From assembly GCF_009914755.1 (NCBI RefSeq), contig NC_060930.1: a stretch of 64,000 bases of DNA; one strand, given 5' to 3'. The stretch comes from the human T2T-CHM13v2.0 reference genome, Homo sapiens. The stretch's first letter is position 1. The number at the start of each line of letters is the position of its first letter. The position numbers were made by a program, and so were the translations under genes. Below, in pieces: positions 17,879 through 64,000 of the stretch. The notes beneath the pieces are model-generated. The model was not told the DNA's origin and did no database searches. It saw only the letters and a list, made by a program, of their open reading frames with translations.

Positions 17879-19973
17879 TTGTCCTTCAGTTTTAAAGAGA
17901 AACTATAAATTGGATATTTTATTAAAGCCCTTTAAAGCCGACAAATAATTCAGATTTCAAATCAAAGCCCCGTGCACTGTGTGCTCCTGCACACTATGCT
18001 TCTCTCTTGTATCATTTTCATTTAATTCTTGGCAATTTTGTGTTTACCAACTGCCAGGGAGCCCAAGGAATTTAGCTGTCACCTCAAACTTAACCAAACT
18101 TACAACCTTTGGGCCCAAACCTGCTCCCTCTCTGGACTCTTTTTGCTGTCTATATTGGCCTCTGTGTTGCAATCATTTCTGGACTGAACAAGGCCTTGGT
18201 GTTTTTTCTCCTTTGTTCTTCTCACCATAGTTCCCCCAAACCTGAGTCTGTTGATTTTGTCTCAAGAATTTGCCTGTTTTCTGTTCCCTTCCTTCCTGTT
18301 CCAGCTACCCCCATTGCTAGCCTGCCTACTGCTCCTCTGATCCAGATTCTGTCCCCATTCTAGTTCCTGTAGTGTTGTCCAGCCAGGTTGATCATCTTTT
18401 TCTAATACCTGTTTCGTTATCTTCCTACTCAAAAAATTCTATGTGTCTTTGTTGCCTACCATGTAAATTTCACTAATTCTGCCTAGATCTCAGGGCTTCA
18501 TAGTAGTTTTATCTTGGCTGTCTAAAGTTCCCCCCGGCACTTCTTAACCCATTGGTCCATTAAAGCCAACTCTATTTCCCCAATTCAGCCCCCTGTCAGG
18601 GGCTGCCAGGAATCTCGTGGGAGTTTCTGGATAATGGGTAGATCCTTTCCCTAGGCCTTGGCTGTTGAGATGATGTAGATTCTGGAGTTTTCAAATCTTT
18701 TTCTTTTTTCTTTTTATTTTTTAATAAACCTCTATTACCATTTGGCCCCAACACCTCAAGGCAAGAAGGAAGTGGAATAAAGGAAGACTCCTGAATCCAC
18801 CTCTAACTGGGGAAGAGGCTGGGAGGGAAGAGGGCTGCTTTGAGGTCCTCAGATTCACAGTATACCCAAGGTGAGGCTTCTCCATCAGAGACTTTGGGAT
18901 GGAGAGGCCTTCTTTTACTACCTTTGAGAGTTCCTTCTTCAACAGCTTTCTGCTTCTCTCCCTCCAGCTGAGACCAGAAATTTTTGCTTCATTTATGTGA
19001 AGCTGTGCTAACCACAGACATTTTGCAATCTGAATGCAGTGTATGCTCATTCTCCTTGCAGCCCACCCAGTTGTGCATGTCCTTGGATAGTTGTGTGATT
19101 GACTAAGTCACTTCAATCAACTAGAGCAACTTGTAGGTTAATAGGTGAACTTCCCTATTCAGAAAAGTCTTCAGATAATTTCTTGTTTTGATGAAATGCT
19201 GGTAATTCGCTGCAACATTCTTTCTTGCCTCTCTCCTTTGCATTTTGTTTAGACCCCTGATGTATATATAACACATAGCACCTAGAATTATAGTTATTTG
19301 AATGTGTGACTATTTGCCATTTTACTCTGAGTTCTATGAGACAGCAAGTGCTGCTTTTGTGTTTCCAGCTTTTAATACCATGTCTGGTTATGAAAAGCAC
19401 TCAACATAGTAGATCCTTGACATTTTCTGATTGTACATCCCAAGTCTATGAGGAACTTTAGAATCTGTGAGTGTCATTAACTAAGACATACATTTCAAAT
19501 GATTATTAGGCTCAGTCCCCAGCTAAATGACTTGTAGCTAAACAAAGTTACATCAGCTTAAGCCTCAGATTCTAACAGGAGCATTTTCTGTACATTATCT
19601 CATTTAATCAGCACAACCACCTTCTAAAGTGAGTAATATTTTTTCTCCATTGTGAATTATTACATGACATTTGGCTTGGCAAATGCATGCAAGGCCTGCT
19701 GAGCAAGTTTGGACGGGTGGAGAGATAGATGATTAGAAAAAATAATGATTAAATGATTTGTTTCCTAAGGGCTTTCCGTTCTAATGTGTGAAATGTTTTG
19801 ATCAACAAGAAGATAAAACTGGAAAACAAGAGATGAAATAACCTGAAACAATAGATATTGTTTAATAATTCAGTCTTCTTTTTTTGTTTTTTGGTTTTCC
19901 TTCTGCCCAAAAACAATAAAATACATAACTTGGAGATTGTATTGGACTCTCAATCCTCAGTAAGAATTAATGA

Positions 19974-61912
<41,939 letters not shown>

Positions 61913-62574
61913 TAAGGCAAAATCCTTTTCTATTTAGATAGGGTCCAGTAAATCTGAAATGTGTTTTTTCTGCATTCTGCACAGAATTACAAACTGACAC
62001 TGAGATATTACTTAAAAGCCCTATTCAGCCAGTCTTTTCACCTGCAGGGGATATAGTGACATCCATAGTGATAGCCCTGATGTACTACTTGTATCTGGAA
62101 GCCCTGAATCTATTTTTGTTACCAAAGCTTTGATTAAGGCACTGGTACAGAGGGGCTGAAAGGAGGAATTAAATACAGTTCCTGCCCTGAGGAAGGTGAG
62201 ATAGGAAATAAAGGAACTCTCTCAGTATGAGAAGGGCCTCAGTGTCCCTGACAAGCCACATCAAGAGTCGAGCTTCCCAAACCATCTATGGGGAAATGCT
62301 TTTTGTTTCTTTTTTTAAAATTTCTACTCCATCATGAATGAATACACTGTAAAATGCAATATAAAATACTAGTAATAAGGAAATTTTAAAGATACAAAAT
62401 ACAAAGCTCTAATTTTTTATTATTAGATTCAACAGACATAAAATTAAGAGTAATAAAGAGTAACTAAGAGTAGTTTCTTGACACTTAGTCTCAATTTCTG
62501 CACCTGTCTCTATGGCACTGCTAAAAACAGCTCTCAGATACATAGGACTCTGTGGGGCATGCTCTGAGTAGCAC

Positions 62575-62712
62575 TGCGCTCTGGCTTCTCCCTCCTCACG
62601 TGCAGCCTGAGGACCTGCAGTATAGGCATCACCTGGGGGCTTGTTAGAAAGGGAGGCCATAGAACTAGAAGCTCCCAGGTGACGCCTGTGCACATCAGTG
62701 ACTGGGAGTTGT
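62575..62712. mobile_element. MER5A-like remnant
   Basis: gcatcacctgggggcttgttagaaa...aagctcccaggtga. Confidence 0.5.
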
Positions 62713-64000
62713 CAGCCTAAGGGTTGGTTGAGTCACTTTGTGGACAAGGAGAGCATCCTCTGCAACCAAAATCCATCCTCTTGTTCCTTGGAAGTGACAT
62801 GAAGGGAGAACCTAATTTCTGTTGTCTTATGCCTTTCATTCTCCTTCAGCTTCTAATTCAGTCTCTCCTCCCTCCTCCCTGAATGATCCTCAGGCTCCTT
62901 AAATGTGCAATGACACGGGTTCTGTCTCACCCCCACTCACCACAGTCTCTCCCCTAAACAGTCCCACACCCTCCCCAACTTCCAGCAGTGCCCTTCCCTG
63001 CATGTTTGTCCATGCTGCTTCTCACACCCAGACTTCCCTCTCAGTCCCCAGTCCATAATTCTCAGCAGCCTGCTGGACACCTCCACCTGCAGATGTCACC
63101 CGTTCCTCAGCAACCACAATCGAATCCACTGTTCCTAACCCTCACCACAGATGCTCTGTGCATTCCTTGTCTAATGGCTTCTCGACTGCACATCCCAGCC
63201 TCAAAGAGTCCTTGCCTCCCGGCTTTCCTCACACCCCACCTCTCATTGGTAACAAATTCCTGATTCCTGTCCCAAAGGGTCACTTTTCCTCTTTCCTAGT
63301 TTGTGACTTCTATGTGCATTTCTCTTTGCTTTTTTACCTCTCACTTTTTGATCTTTTCCTCTTGGGTCAACCTCCACAGTTACCTCTGAAAGTGCCAGTC
63401 TTTCGTTTCCCATAGAATTAAACCAGACTTCCTAGCAAGACAATCAATGCTTTTCCATGCTCTAACGCGTGGCTAACAGCATATACTCAGGATGTGCGTT
63501 CGAATCCTACTCCATCGCCCCATTGTGTGACCTAGGAAAAGTTAGTCTCTCTCTGCCTTGGTTTCCCATTTGTAAAATGGAGTAACAGTTCCTACCTCGG
63601 GATTTTTTTGAAGATTATTAACATCTTGCTATTGGAATAGCGCCTGGCAAAGAGTAGGAGCTCTATAAATGGGAGCTCCTGGCATCATCCTCACTGTCAC
63701 CACTAGGCCCTGACCTGTTGCTTTGGTCCTCATATCCTATTAAACAAACTACTCTGTGTCCCTCATACTCTGGCCATATCAACTCTATTTTCGAGGCTGT
63801 TTTTTTCTCCATTTCCACACTGTGTGACTTCCACCTCCATAGCTTCTCCAGAGCCAGTTTCAGAGCCACTTCCTCCCTGAAGTATGTCCCCATGCCCCAG
63901 GACGTCGTCGTCGCCCCCATCTCTGAGAAGACCCTGCGAAGCTTCCTGAGCAGGCGGTGCGGTTGTGTACTGCCTGCGGGTGGCTTCTGTGGCTTTCACA

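Overview
Primate (almost certainly human) genomic DNA containing the body of DCBLD1 (discoidin, CUB and LCCL domain-containing 1, a neuropilin-like type I membrane protein) on the + strand. I assembled 13 consecutive GT-AG coding exons (numbered 2-14 from the recalled gene structure; 1503 nt, 501 codons, no stops, all phases compatible). They encode CUB, LCCL, FA58C/discoidin, a Ser/Thr stalk, a TM helix and the proximal cytoplasmic tail. Exon 1 and the terminal exon lie outside the window. The introns hold about 25 Alu pieces, a full-length antisense THE1 (MaLR) element, solo MST/MLT LTRs, hAT and Mariner MITEs, and L1/L2/L3/MIR remnants. Almost all ORF-track ORFs are repeat-derived or random. 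No new biological system is demonstrated by the sequence. The best candidates for undescribed biology are: (1) a complex templated-insertion scar at about 45.0-45.7 kb that copied the exon-5 splice acceptor plus 30 exon nt into intron 5, creating a candidate poison pseudo-exon later split by an AluY; (2) a 93-nt, 41-bp-arm hairpin in intron 13 that I do not recognise as a repeat and that resembles a pre-miRNA; (3) several structural routes to TM-less or soluble DCBLD1; (4) frame-compatible cryptic cassette exons. Repeat subfamily calls are by eye and should be confirmed with RepeatMasker/Dfam.
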